Part shown: positions 1-11,300 of the stretch, in pieces
How the letters are laid out: the number at the start of each line of letters is the position of its first letter
Numbering within the stretch: position 1 is the stretch's first letter
Assembly: GCA_964036045.1 (NCBI GenBank)
Contig: OZ038378.1
Location: 4,464,001-4,528,000 of the forward strand
DNA length: 64,000 nucleotides
Reading direction: 5' to 3'
Source: Eutreptiella sp. 'Long Island Sound 2002'
Taxonomy: Eukaryota > Protista > Euglenida
The notes under the pieces: model-generated
Told to the model about the DNA's origin: nothing
Seen by the model: only the letters and a program-made list of their open reading frames with translations
The model's database searches: none
Position numbers and translations under genes: made by a program

Positions 1-1158
1 GGCCTCGCGCACTCAAGGTCACGGAAACAGTTGTGTACGGAAGACAACAAAAACAGGACACGAAGTACACAACGTACGAACACTGAAATAAAAGCTCGGC
101 AAAAATGTAGAAGCCCTTGAGGGCATATAATTGCATTCGCGTCGAAGGCGAGTGCACGAGGCCTCGCGCACACATGACTGCAAAAAGAGGCAAAACACTT
201 GGGTTAATGGTGACTTACTTCTTCTTCGGTCCAGCAACCTTAGCCAACCTGGAACCCAGGTTTCTTGCCACCGCACTTGTCCCACTTGGGGAGGCAACGG
301 TACCACGAGACGGCTGGGCACCAGAACGCGAGGGCGGCTTGAAGTCTGCACTAGCACTCGCAGCAGTCTTCGCTTTCTTCTTCCGCTACTCCTTACCAGA
401 TTCGGGACTTGCATCGAAGTGAGCGGCATGCCCGCTTGCGCTTCGGCTGGGTCTCCAGTACTTGCTCCGGATCCTCTTCTTCTTCCTCCTCGTCGGCATC
501 GTCGGCGTCTGATTCCCCGGGCTTGTCCGATTCCTTCTCTTTTCCTTTCGCCTGCTTCTTGCTACTCGAGGGGGTTTCCTTTTTCGGCTGCAGTAGCCTG
601 AGTTGGTACAACTTTGGCAGTCTTCTTCACCTTGGCTTGCATTGGCAAGGTAGGTGCAGGCGCAACAGGCTCAGTGTCATCAGCGGGGGCCTCAGTCACA
701 ACCTCTTCTTGGACGGCTTCTGCAGCATGCACCTTCTGGTGCCCTTCATACCCTCGGTTGGTGTCCAAAACCCACAGTGGAATGCCACGCAGAAGCCACT
801 CTTCTTGAGTATCCCAAGTTGCAGCTGTTGCTCCCTGCTCCGTCTGATCAGCCTCCAACATGTACCGCATGATGATTGCATGCTGCAGAGCACCTCCAAC
901 GGCATTCGCAAGGTCCTTTTGCTTGATCGCTGACACAACCAGAAACCCCACTTTAGTCCTCCCCGACTCGTCCGACATTGCAATCCTTGCGGCCATAGCA
1001 GGCGTGTCGTCCACAACAACCACTGCATCAGCATGCCCACTGTCCAAAAGATATTTGTCCAGGTACCACAGCACGTGAATCAGAGGCATGAAACCACCGA
1101 GGTTCTTGTTCTGCATCTCTTCGAAATGTCCAGCGGAATACGTCACATAGTTCAGTAA

Positions 1159-1255
1159 CTGTAAATGTGATGAATAAAGACGAATAACGGAGGCAGCAGT
1201 GCGCGAGGCCTCGCGCACACAACGGCATAGAAACCGGCGAAAGAAGCAGATATAC
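1159..1255 (-). other. Spliceosomal intron 4 (97 nt) containing palindrome copy
   Basis: CAG|GTATAT...ACATTTACAG|TTA. Splicing joins ORF 1028-2014 to ORF 562-1305 in phase 0. Confidence 0.85.
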
Positions 1256-1953
1256 CTGCTTATCCCAGCGACTCGTTGTTCCGATCCACATACAGTGCTC
1301 GTCAAACTGATACATGTTGCTTGTCACGGGACCCGATAACCAAGAGTATACCGGCAACCGGGCATGGTACAAAGGCACTGTGGTTGGATCCTTGTCCTCC
1401 TCCATACGCCACAGCCTCTGCATGTCGCGGCCAATACGGTGCACAACATCAGCCTCGCCATGGAAAAAGACGTCCTTCCCCAGCATCATCACATCCAACA
1501 GCCACTTCGGAACAAATCTTGCAGAGTCATATTCAACAAAAAGGTCAGCATTGATGACCCACAACGGGTACTGCAAATCCCGGAAACGGGCTGGTGATGT
1601 CTCTGCAATATCCTCAATAAGGCATGCCGTCAAAGCGAATTTGCTCCCTTGCTCGTCCTGCTTGGAGACATTGATCACGTCGCCAGTACTCAGCTGTGTC
1701 TGTGGCGGTGCCGATGATGGTGCCTCGGTCTTCCTTTGCAGTTGCTTCCGCACGGCCAGCGTCTGCGGTAATGGAGGTGCCCCCTTGTCCCCAGTCCGCC
1801 ACAGAGGTGCACTGGTCAACGTCTTCCACTTTGGCCACGGCGACCGGAACCTCGCACTTTTTGCGTCCTCCCAATAACCCCAATTTCCCAGCCCAATCTT
1901 CAGTTGCGTCGTGCCCAGCGCTGCGACTTCTGCTCGGATCTTCGCATTGGCAG

Positions 1954-2024
1954 CTGTACAGATGTGAAAAAGGTGGTTGAGTGCGCGAGCCCTCGCGCAC
2001 TGAAGCTGCGACACTGACGCATAC
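1954..2024 (-). other. Spliceosomal intron 3 (71 nt) containing palindrome copy
   Basis: GTATGC...CTTTTTCACATCTGTACAG. Splicing joins the 2032-frame to ORF 1028-2014 in phase 1. Confidence 0.85.
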
Positions 2025-2325
2025 CTGCGGTCTAGTTGACATACTGCCTGTCTGGATGGTCAAGATGGAAAATAACCCATTGTTCCGTAATCAGCGCGTC
2101 AATATAGTTCTGGGTGGTGCGTAAGGTCGAGTCCTTCAGGTTCATGTGCGCACAGACTTTCTGCAATAAGCTTGGTAGATGCAGCCCCTCCAGCTTCTTG
2201 AAGGCATTCCTTGTAACGTCCTCTTTCTTGCTCTTATTCTCGAGGTTCTTCATACCAGCTACCGCCTCACGGCGGCAGTAATACGCCAGAGAGAAGATGT
2301 CCCTCCAGTTCCTGAATGTCGAGTC

Positions 2326-2398
2326 CTGCGAGGGAAAACAGTGTCATGGAGTGTGCGAGGCCTCGCGCACTATAACCGTGCGATACACGAATACATAC
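2326..2398 (-). other. Spliceosomal intron 2 (73 nt) containing palindrome copy
   Basis: GTATGT...TTTTCCCTCGCAG. Splicing puts ORF 2267-2674 in frame with ORF 2032-2253. Confidence 0.85.
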
Positions 2399-2760
2399 TG
2401 TGTGTCCTGCTTCCTTCAACGCCTCGGGTGCAAGAAACGCAGAGTTGACGGCAGACTGGACAACAGCAATCTTGAACCGCTCGAAATCTTGTGGCTCTTT
2501 TTCCCGCTTCTGGTCCTCAATGTACCACAACATGTTGTCCAGCGCCTCGGACAGCGGAATCCACGTCACAGACTGGCTGCCAGCTTGTTGCAATCCTGCA
2601 ACCTTGGCCCGGATCCTCCAAGGCGTTTCGTACTTGAGAATGTCAACGTAGCAAAACTCCTGCCACTCCTCCAATTATTTGCCTTCTGCGAGCCGCAGTT
2701 CCCGAATCTTTCTACATGTTTCTGTGCCATGTTGACCATTCAAAACGTAAAGTGAGCCAT

Positions 2761-2826
2761 CTGCAAAGCAAATCATGTACCGCAGCAAAGAGAAGAAACG
2801 TCTTCGATCGCACAGGCGAGTCATAC
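2761..2826 (-). other. Spliceosomal intron 1 of ParB-like gene (66 nt, no palindrome)
   Basis: GTATGA...TTTGCTTTGCAG. Removal gives DS/DGSLYVLNGQH. The intron is 3n and stop-free, so it is less certain than the others. Confidence 0.6.
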
Positions 2827-3189
2827 CACTATCCTCCCATGCCGTTACGCGCAACGGTCCAGATGGTTTAATGGTGGCAGTGCTTGGTATCCCGTCACTT
2901 GCTTGGCAACGTCGTCATAGTTGATGGATTGGATCTGTCCTCGCTCCTTGGTCTTGTCCATTTGCAAATCAGTAATCTTTACCTTCACGGCTTTACCATT
3001 CTCCTTCCACAGCCACTGTTGCACGTCGACTGTGAGCTTCATCTCTGGTATTGGCTTCTTCTCACCCTTCTTCTTGCGTCCTTTCTTCGGCGTGTCCCCT
3101 TGGTCGGTCCCTGGTGACGCCTCCATGGCCTCTGCATCTGGTGCTGGACGTTCTGGCGACCCTGGTTGACTCATGATGCCAAAAAATAC

Positions 3190-3323
3190 CTGAAAAGGGC
3201 AAATGGCATGACATGAAACACGGTCATTTGAACTCCGAAATCAGTCGAAACGGTATTATGCAGGTCGTTTTCGCAAATCTGTTCCACAACCGTCTTTGTT
3301 GTGACTAATTCCACGGGACTTAC
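3190..3323 (-). other. Probable 5'-UTR intron (or splice acceptor) of the ParB-like gene
   Basis: TTAG|GTAAGT at 3323 and CCCTTTTCAG| at 3190, 15 nt upstream of the ATG at 3174. A palindrome copy lies immediately 5' of the donor. Confidence 0.55.
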
Positions 3324-3427
3324 CTAATGCGCGAGGCCTCGCGCACTCACATCGCATTACAGACCTGTTTTTCGTAACGTTTAGTGCGCCAGGCCTCGCG
3401 CACTGCGGGTGTCAGTTACCGCAAGCG

Positions 3428-5413
3428 TTACCGCAGGTTGCGTGTTGCTGCTTCCTGTATGTTGGCATCCGTATCTGTTCTCCGCCCCACAACAGCATCC
3501 AGTTTCCGTTTCAGTTGGTTGGTGGGATTTGTTTTCTGGTCAATGAGGGCATCCAGTACGCTCTGACCAAGTAGCCGGTAGTGGTCGTAACCAAGGGGTT
3601 GTGTAGGTGAGGGTGGAAATCTCGGTAACCTCCGCGGCCACGAATTTGCAACGGTGCTGACTCTGTCAGACTCCCATTCCACATAGGCCATGCAAATCCG
3701 GTCTGTCGCCAAAAATCCTGTCAGTCGTTGTCGCATTCTGTGTACCAGGTTCTAGGGAACGTTTTGCACACCCACGCGTTTGCCACCAGGACCACCCTTT
3801 AGTAACAAGTAATGGTTTTCCACCTCCTCAACAGTAACAGAACCCGTGTTTTTCGCCTTGTCCCGCACCAGCTTGCTCAACATCCCTTCTCCAAACTCCT
3901 CTGAGTGTGCCTTACCGGGCAGGTCCTGGTGCCACTTGCTGTTGTACAACAATGTGCACATGATTGTGCATTCATACTTCAGTACGGTGTCACACGGTCC
4001 TCGACGCAGCCTCCGCAACAGACACAAACTCAACTGCAACACCTCCTGAGCTCGTGACCCGGTACCGTTGTTTTCCCCCGACCAGTTGCATTCCCGTACC
4101 AGGTGACCCAAGTACAACAACAAGGGGCACCATTCCGACAACAAAGTCAAGACTGCGTTTGCCACTGCTGCCCTGTTGGCATGCGCAGTGTCACAACCAC
4201 TGATCGCGGTTGCAGCTTGTGGCTTGCGACGATACGGGCGTAGTATTCTGGGGGTGGCAAGCATCAGCGCAGCAATGGTTTTTTCCATAACTATCAGTTT
4301 GGGGTATGATAGTATGGTTGAACCAGGGCGTAGCAGACCTTTCCGTAGGTAGGTTAGAATAGGCCAGAACACCCGAAAAGTATGAGTAACAACGAACTTG
4401 TAGGCATGCCAGACACCGTAAACTACAGGCACATAACGTAGGTAAGCACGCATGTTCCATCGTTGGTTCTTGGCACCGTACAGCAACTTTAGTATCATGT
4501 AGTGTATGTTTTCGTCAACCAACAGCGGTAGAACTCTGTTTGTCTGTTGTGCTGCGTCCTTTGCAAAGTGTAACAAGTTTAACAGACCAACACCACCAGT
4601 TACCTTTTCTTTTGACAGGGCAAACGGGCGCCACACCGGTGCTTGCACAGTCCTTGCATCCCTCCTCACATCCAACGGTGCTCTCACGTTTCTGGTGTTT
4701 GGTACACACCCATCCGCATACCCCATGTCACGCAAAGTCTGGGGGATTCTCCGTTCACGCTATTGCACAGCCCTTGCGACTGTCGTTATCCGTGCTGCCA
4801 GGTCCTCAACGGCTGGATGTCCTGCCCAATACGTGGGCCTCTGTTTCAGTTGAAGTACTGCCATTGCAGTAGAGTTTTGCGACCGATCACTTTCGTCTGG
4901 GTGTGTTGTGTATTGTGCCCGGTACCAGTTGTCTATCCACGGCACGCAACACGATGAAAGCACCAGTGACCACGTTGCTTTAAGTGCTGCTGCTGCCTGT
5001 TCGTCCACTGTATCTGCGGCAGCATCTGCTTGCCCAAGTCGTACTTTTGTTCGTCTTTCTGTTTGCGTTAGGTACCCTGTTGTGTTTCCCGGTTTTTTCC
5101 TGTTTGGTACTGCCCGTTGACGCATCAACAGGTACAGGTTCTGGCCCTCCTGTCGCAAAATGCGCACCCAGCGCTTGTCCTCTTGCCTCCTAGCTGCTGG
5201 CAAACTGTGGCGCGTTCTTTTGTTGAACCTGAGTCGCTGTGCAAATGTTCAAACCAGTTGCGCTGCCAGGTCGTTTCGTTTCAGTCCTTTCCACAGGTCG
5301 TCTGCTGTTTGGTATGCTGGTTCTGCCGCGCATGCCTCTCGTAGTGCTGCTGCTCCTTTGCTTACTTCTGCAATCATTCGATGCGTTACGGATTTTCTGG
5401 CTCGAAGTGGCAT
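3428..5413 (-). pseudogene. DDE-type transposase-like protein (~660 aa), Academ/DUF6589-like by motif pattern; intronless, three in-frame stops
   Basis: A single frame runs from ATG 5413 (MPLRARK) through ORFs 4760-5203, 3752-4735 and 3428-3736, interrupted by TGA 5249-51, TAG 4760-62 and TAG 3752-54. Motifs: WIDNWY..NSTAMAV, LLVDENIHY, VYGVWHAYK, HSEEFGEGMLSK. Confidence 0.6.
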
Positions 5414-7904
5414 TTTGCGTCTTTCTCTGTTGAATTAAATTTGCGCACATATTTTAATTATCGTTTCGCACAGCGATCTTTAAAAAAAGTGTGTTTGAAA
5501 ACATCTGGCCTTTTCCTGTCCTCATTTCTGGTGCGGGTGCTGCCGCCGCAATTTGTATTTGGTGTCTACGTGCGCTCCGTTCCCAGTAACCGAAAACTGT
5601 TTTCGCAACCACAATTTCCTGTTCTGTTTCCGTCTTTAAACCCAGTTGGAAAAAAAAAACCATATCTATCGGGCAGCGAAGGCTACGGCCGCTATTAGAA
5701 CTGGACACATCTGCCATTGAGTGGCTGTTGGAAAAAAGCAAATCATTCCCCTGATCCCCTGAAAAATATGACAAAGGTTACCGATGTGTAATCGACTGTC
5801 ACAGGTGGTAGCCGTGAAAGGGAATGTAAATACCGGCGTAGCCTGACCTGCCTGCTTTTTCATTTTCTTGCGTGGTTTGAGTGCGCGAGGCCTCGCGCAC
5901 TGATTGTTTCCGTGGGAAATGTTCTATACCGTGTTATATCTGACCAACACGGTGTCTACACACACGTACACCGGAAAAAATCAAATGTGTTCGTCTGTCT
6001 GGTATTGTACCTGCAATTGTACGCGTCATATCCATTCCGTAAATTAATACATAACGTGACCTGAGTGCGCGAGGCATCGCGCACTCCGGATGCCGAAATT
6101 TGTATTTCATTTTCACTTTAGAGTATATGTGTTTCCCCTAACATGGGAAGTCCGACAGTCATACACTTCCAATGCTCCTTGGTCAACACAATCCTAGTTT
6201 TAATACCGTGTGGGACCTGCGTATTTCCGCAAACGCCAGTCCTTACGGGTTTTTAGGTTTCTTAATAAACTCTACTTTGAATATCTTGAGTGCGCGAAGC
6301 CTCGCGCACTCAGAACGCCAGAGAAATGTAAAAAACGTCACATTCAGGAACACGGAGTTGCACAACACTAAAAAAGCAATTTATTTCACTACGCCCAAAA
6401 TCACGTTCATCAAACATCCAAAAAAATAGTTTTTTTGCCCTGTTGCGAACCGGTCCTTTTCTGCGCATTCGGCGCGCAAAACAGGGTGCAGTTTGCGTGG
6501 GCTAAGCGTGTCAAACTTAAAATGCGGCTTGCGAACACGCCAAGAAAGTTGGTGCTCTTGCACAGCATGGTGTATGGTGCCAGTAATGCAATCTAATTGG
6601 GTACCATGACTCATCGTGGTGCAATGTGTAAGATGGCGATAGTAAGAGGATGGGTATCGGTGATGGTGTCGGGATGCAACAGTATATGTGGGTTACTATG
6701 CTCTATAAAGCGGAAGAGCCGCACACTACGAAGAATTGCCGAACAAATGTTTGCTGGAGCAATACCACCCCGCTTGGCTTGCTGACATTCCGCATTCTGA
6801 TGTGCAGAATTGTTGGAATGAAATCAGTGATTGGTTTTAAACAACAATACTAGATGGATACCGGTTCCAAGCCCTACAAGCTGGTCTTAATTGTAAATCT
6901 TGATTACTGAAGAAGATTTCTTGGTTATGGTTTTGCAACCCTCTTTAGCCTCCATCTTTCGGCTCCAGGGTGAGCAACCTATTTTGGCAGCCAGCAGCAA
7001 GCATTAGCAAGCAGAATGAAACGCAGCAAAAAACTGTTTGGGGACACTGTGGCTAAAAACCGGCATTCAATTCACTCAAAAATGACCATAGAGCAGATGC
7101 GCATCGCTGAACACAGGTTTCGTGTGGTTTCAGTCATGCAACCCGTTCTACGGCAGACGGTGTCACCAAAATGACCTTTTTTTTTTTACAGTTTTTAAGA
7201 TGATCATCATGAAACTTCAGTACCATCACTAGTCATGCATCCAATGAGGGCCCTTCTTCTTCCACAGTGATTGGGCCATCACATCAGTGTCTCATCTGGC
7301 GTCTTCCAAAGCATGATGTCATGCTGTGGCCCATTTTGATGTGAAAATCAGCCATTTCTCAGCCTGTTTTCAGGAATACTGTCCTAAATGCTCTGGTCGA
7401 TCGCTGGTGTGACGCGTAGGTTTCTCCAATGAGTGCCACTCTTCTTCCAAAGCGATTCCGTACCCAAAGTGCAAAACTAGGAACCAGCTCAGTCCTGGCC
7501 ACAAGTCCTGATTGGGCGGGGTACTAGGGCCAGGGTTGGGGTTGAGGATGCTGTTGGGGTGCAAAATGGACAAAATGATCATTTGGGCGCCTTTGGTGCC
7601 TGTGGAGCTTGGGCTCTACGGACACATGGACTCCTGAGGCTGTACCTTCGGCAACTAACCAATCCCAGTACCACAAATGAGCAAAGAATTCTGCCATCTG
7701 TACCCATGCACATCATTAAAAGAGCGGTTGTTGGGTGATCAAAATGCATTCTTTTTCCCATTTAAAAGTGCAATGGCATGCACACCAAGGGGGCAGTGAA
7801 ATGGCTGCGCAATCCCTGTTGTCTCAGTACCCGGGGAAAACTGAAATGGCTTTGTAACCCCTACCTTATAAAGGGAAACTATAATGGCTGTGCCACCCCT
7901 GACC

Positions 7905-8320
7905 CCCCCCTCCCCCCAGAACCGTACTACCACCGTACACGCACATGTTCAGGAACAGAAATTGCACTCCAAAATGAAAGAATTCAACGTAAGATGCGGT
8001 CACAGGGCTGCCAATGTACTGAGACCTACTCCTTTACTGGCTCCGTGTACAATTTCTTGGTCCTGCTCCACTTGACCTTGAACTCCTGCACATGCTCACC
8101 ACTTTCCTCTGTGGAGCGGATGAACATTACATCCGTCCCAGGCGTAAACATGGTTGTGCTGTCAAATTCCATTTCAGCGAAAGTGAGCAAAATGTCCTGC
8201 CAAGAGTACAAGGGATACAAATGGCAGTGCCTCACAACACAGTCACCCACACAACAACACAGTGAGCCGTAACAAAACTTTTTGTGTTGACCAAGTGACA
8301 CCCCCCCCCCTCAGGGAAGG
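7905..8320. repeat. Internally deleted copy of the repeat family also at ~21640-22190
   Basis: Aligns by eye with 21640-22190 (e.g. AATTTCTTGGTCCTGCTCCACTT, GTGAGCAAAATGTCCTGCCA). It lacks ~165 bp present in the 21.8-22.0 kb copy. Confidence 0.85.
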
Positions 8321-11300
8321 ACAAGGGGTGCGGCAGGACACGGGGGGGGGGGGTACATGCAAATGTCCCTTTGCTCAACCTTGGATTCTTTGAACCACTC
8401 ACAATGTGGGCCTCCACAAGCTCCATGGGCATGGACAGAGAGAGGCCCGTGTGACCCTGGTGCGTGATCATCTTTTCACCGTCTAGTTTCACATTTTGGG
8501 GGGAATCGGGACCAAAGTACATCGGCAACACCCTCTTACCACGTGGTGCCCACTCTGGTTTAATCTAGGCCAAGTTGGTGCACTGCGTGCGCACTGCGTG
8601 CAGTGCCCACACAATGAAACCTAGCCAGGGAGGAAGGGAGGAAACCCCCATGCATTTATGCAGGCGTCACAAGGGTCTTCATATACTTGGTGATTGGTGG
8701 CCGTGACCAAGCACAATCTGCTGTTGCGTGAGTGTGTTGGAAGATGGTGGCAGCCTTCTGGGGACATAGGCATTCTGCCTTGACCCCATTGGGGCCCAAC
8801 TCGTAGCAATATGCAGCACTATGTGGGCCGTTACTCATAAACCATGCTACTGATTCGCGATGATCCGAGAGTGCGGAGGGTTCAAGTGCTGGCTCATTAA
8901 GAGAATCCACAAAGACATTGTTTCCTTTCCAAGGCAATGACCATGAAGGTTGGAATCCGCTTTGGAGTGTGTAACAACCCACCTGCCGATTTGTTGCATT
9001 GTGAATGTACACGACATCTGGTGATTCCCCATCATCATAATCAGCATCTATCTACAACAAAGAACGGGCAACAAAACCGGGTAAAAATGGGTAAATGGCT
9101 AAAATGGCTGAAAATGGGTGAACATGGATGGCAATTCAATGCACAAGAAGCGAAAAAAATTCTGTTATGGAACAACCAACTAGTGAAAAAAGGCCAAAAC
9201 TAGGGTTCAAGTAGTTGCCGACATTGAAAAGTTTGCACTGCGTGCACGGCATTCCCCTAGTATGCTACAGCAGCCTGTTAGGTCGAGCAAGGGGAAGCTC
9301 ATGGTTGTGGTGAGGGTCATTGGCCATTGGTTGGAGGATATGAGCTTACAACGGAGTACCCCGCCAAAAAATGGTACGGAATCCTACCAATATCCCAAAC
9401 TGCATCCACAGCACATATTGCTCCGCTTGGTTCTGCTTGTAACACAAAATGGGCTCATATCATGGACCACAGGTGCGGGTACACAAAAGCTGCATAACCC
9501 ACCTGATGTAGCTGTCCAGGGGGGTTGGGTCGGATCTTTGCAGATCATGCCTTGAGAGCGCCTATGCGCAAATGTGAACTCTGCAACCCCAAAAACAGGT
9601 TGCCATGTCTCTGGCACACAAATGCGATTGTGTTTGCAAGGTGTTGGGGTGCACAAAGGTGCCACTTCCGTGCTTCTGGCACAACCTCTGCTCATTCACG
9701 ATCACCCACTGTCTAAAGCAGAAAAACCGGGGCCTCCAGACATGCTTCAGAACCAGGGGAGGGGCGTTTGAACAGAGGAGGGGTCTTCCTTGGAAACAGT
9801 ACTTTCTTGCAGCCACAAAGTAAACATGGCCACACAGATCCTCCGGCGTGTCACATAACATATCGTCAACAACAATCACGTACGAAGGGGAATTTGATAA
9901 TGAGGAACAGGAGAAAGCAAGATGACCTTGGTGAGCCTCAGAACAAAACCAATACATCCAGAACACAGCGTTGTACAAACGGCCCTCAATTCAATACTGG
10001 TTCATGAGGGGGCTGAGGGAGGTAGGAATGAGTGTGCAGATGGGGTTACACTGATCCCCAGGTGATGCGGTGCCATGTGGTGATTGTGGAGTTGAAGGGA
10101 TTCATGATCTGCACAGGGGAACATTCGCACACCTTGGGCAGCAGTGCTGGGTAATGCTTCGGCTCCCAAAGAGAATACAATGAACAGACAGTAAGGAGAA
10201 AACCCGATTTCTGGGCACAACCATTGCACAAGGGTATCAGAAAACACTGACTGGAAGAAAGCTTCTGCACCACGTGGCCCCAGTAGAATACAGCAGGAAG
10301 AAGGGAAAAACGGGACTCTGCGGGCATACAAAGCACGCGTTCCGCGTCAGCACTCTAAAACTGTGACGGAACTCCTGGTGGGCATGCTTAACTGACCCCT
10401 GGACACCTCCCATCCTTGCGACGAATGTGTATGTGGTGCAGGGATCTGTCTCTGCGTAGATGTACACAACAGCCCTGTGTATAAGGAGTCACTATGGCCA
10501 CCACAACTTCGGCTCAAGCGGCACGCCCCAGGCCAGTCTGTGTTGCAATAAAGGAGAACCACAATGTGTCATGTGGCTGGCGTGCAGCCGTGTATTACCG
10601 ACAGCCAAGGGGGACCATGGCGTCAGGTCAACAAAGCAGCCTGTCTCCTGGGCAGGACCACCAGCAATGTAGCAAAGGCTCCTCGTCCACATGTTTGGAA
10701 GAGGGTTGGAGGCTCTCTGAGGCGTTCGCAGGATGTGCCCAAATACGTACGATTTGCAATGCCGTGACTGCGCTGTTTCGGCCATCAAAGTGTCCCTGAA
10801 GGGCGGCCACACTTTGAATCTCGCAGCAAGTCGAGGAACATATTTGACAAATGGAAGGAAGCCATTTGCACCTCCATTCCTGCCCTGCGCAAGCTGCTGT
10901 CCCCTATTTGTGGCCTCATTTGCCCCCCCCCCCCCCTCTCTCTCGACATGCACAGCTGTGCTTGTGCATTGCAAAGCAGTACAACGCTAGAAAGAGCTGC
11001 ATACATTCATACAGTCCACACCCATGGGCCCGAGGCAGCGATGAAGTGCAATTCAGATGACGGCGACCGCTGCCTGCCATGCCACCGGAGGATGTGGAAT
11101 GCATGACATGCAGGGCTGCAACCCCACTGGGGTTGTGTTGCAGAACTACTGATGGCTACAGGGGAGTGGTAGAAGGATTATGTTGGTTTGGGGTGCGATG
11201 GGTAACAGGAATGCCATCAAGAAAAATGGCAAACTCATGGCCATTGGCACGTGTTTGGGTGAGCAACGTATCGTCTGGACACACACAGGGATTGGGCGTA

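Larger units (their letters stand above)
215..3174 (-). pseudogene. 5-exon gene (~880 aa reconstructed): ParB/Srx-like N-terminal domain, central helical region, possible degenerate DNA-methyltransferase-like C-terminal region, acidic/basic low-complexity tail
   Basis: Exons 3174-2827, 2760-2399, 2325-2025, 1953-1256 and 1158-215 are joined by GT-AG introns that link the listed ORFs in the correct phase. The joins read LRVTAWEDS/DGSLYVLNGQHGTETC (ParB-like), EAGHT/DSTFRNW, VN*TA/AANAKIR and RWDKQ/LLNYVTY. Stops lie at 2675, 2032 and 386, with frameshifts near 2870, ~590 and ~400. Confidence 0.75.
1..6312 (-). mobile_element. Decayed DNA-transposon-like element: transposase-like gene + ParB-like gene + 10 internal palindromes (left end outside window, right end not defined)
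   Basis: Two co-oriented pseudogenes (5413->3428 and 3174->215). A shared 22-bp palindrome occurs throughout and is confined to this interval. No TIR/TSD could be identified. Confidence 0.65.
1..6312. repeat. Dispersed 22-bp palindrome AGTGCGCGAGGCCTCGCGCACT, 10 copies
   Basis: Copies at 1-13 (truncated by window), 151-172, 1199-1218 (perfect 20-mer), 1980-2001, 2350-2371, 3326-3347, 3383-3404, 5880-5901 (perfect 22-mer), 6064-6085 and 6289-6310 (arms extend to TGAG...CTCA, 6287-6312). Each has 0-2 mismatches. Confidence 0.97.

Noticed and set aside
3428-5413. Alternative genetic code (stop reassignment)
   Set aside because: All three stop types occur, the neighbouring gene also has frameshifts, and host genes end in normal stops. 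Decay is the simpler explanation.
1-6312. Palindromes as spaced CRISPR repeats or as in-frame peptide insertions (CVREAS/CARGLAH in the ORF track)
   Set aside because: Spacing is irregular (57 bp to 2.5 kb), and the apparently translated copies fall inside well-supported introns.
8620-11000. Cys-rich ORF fragments (e.g. 9384-9695, 8656-9012)
   Set aside because: Protein-like but fragmented across frames, with no recognisable family or consistent splice model.
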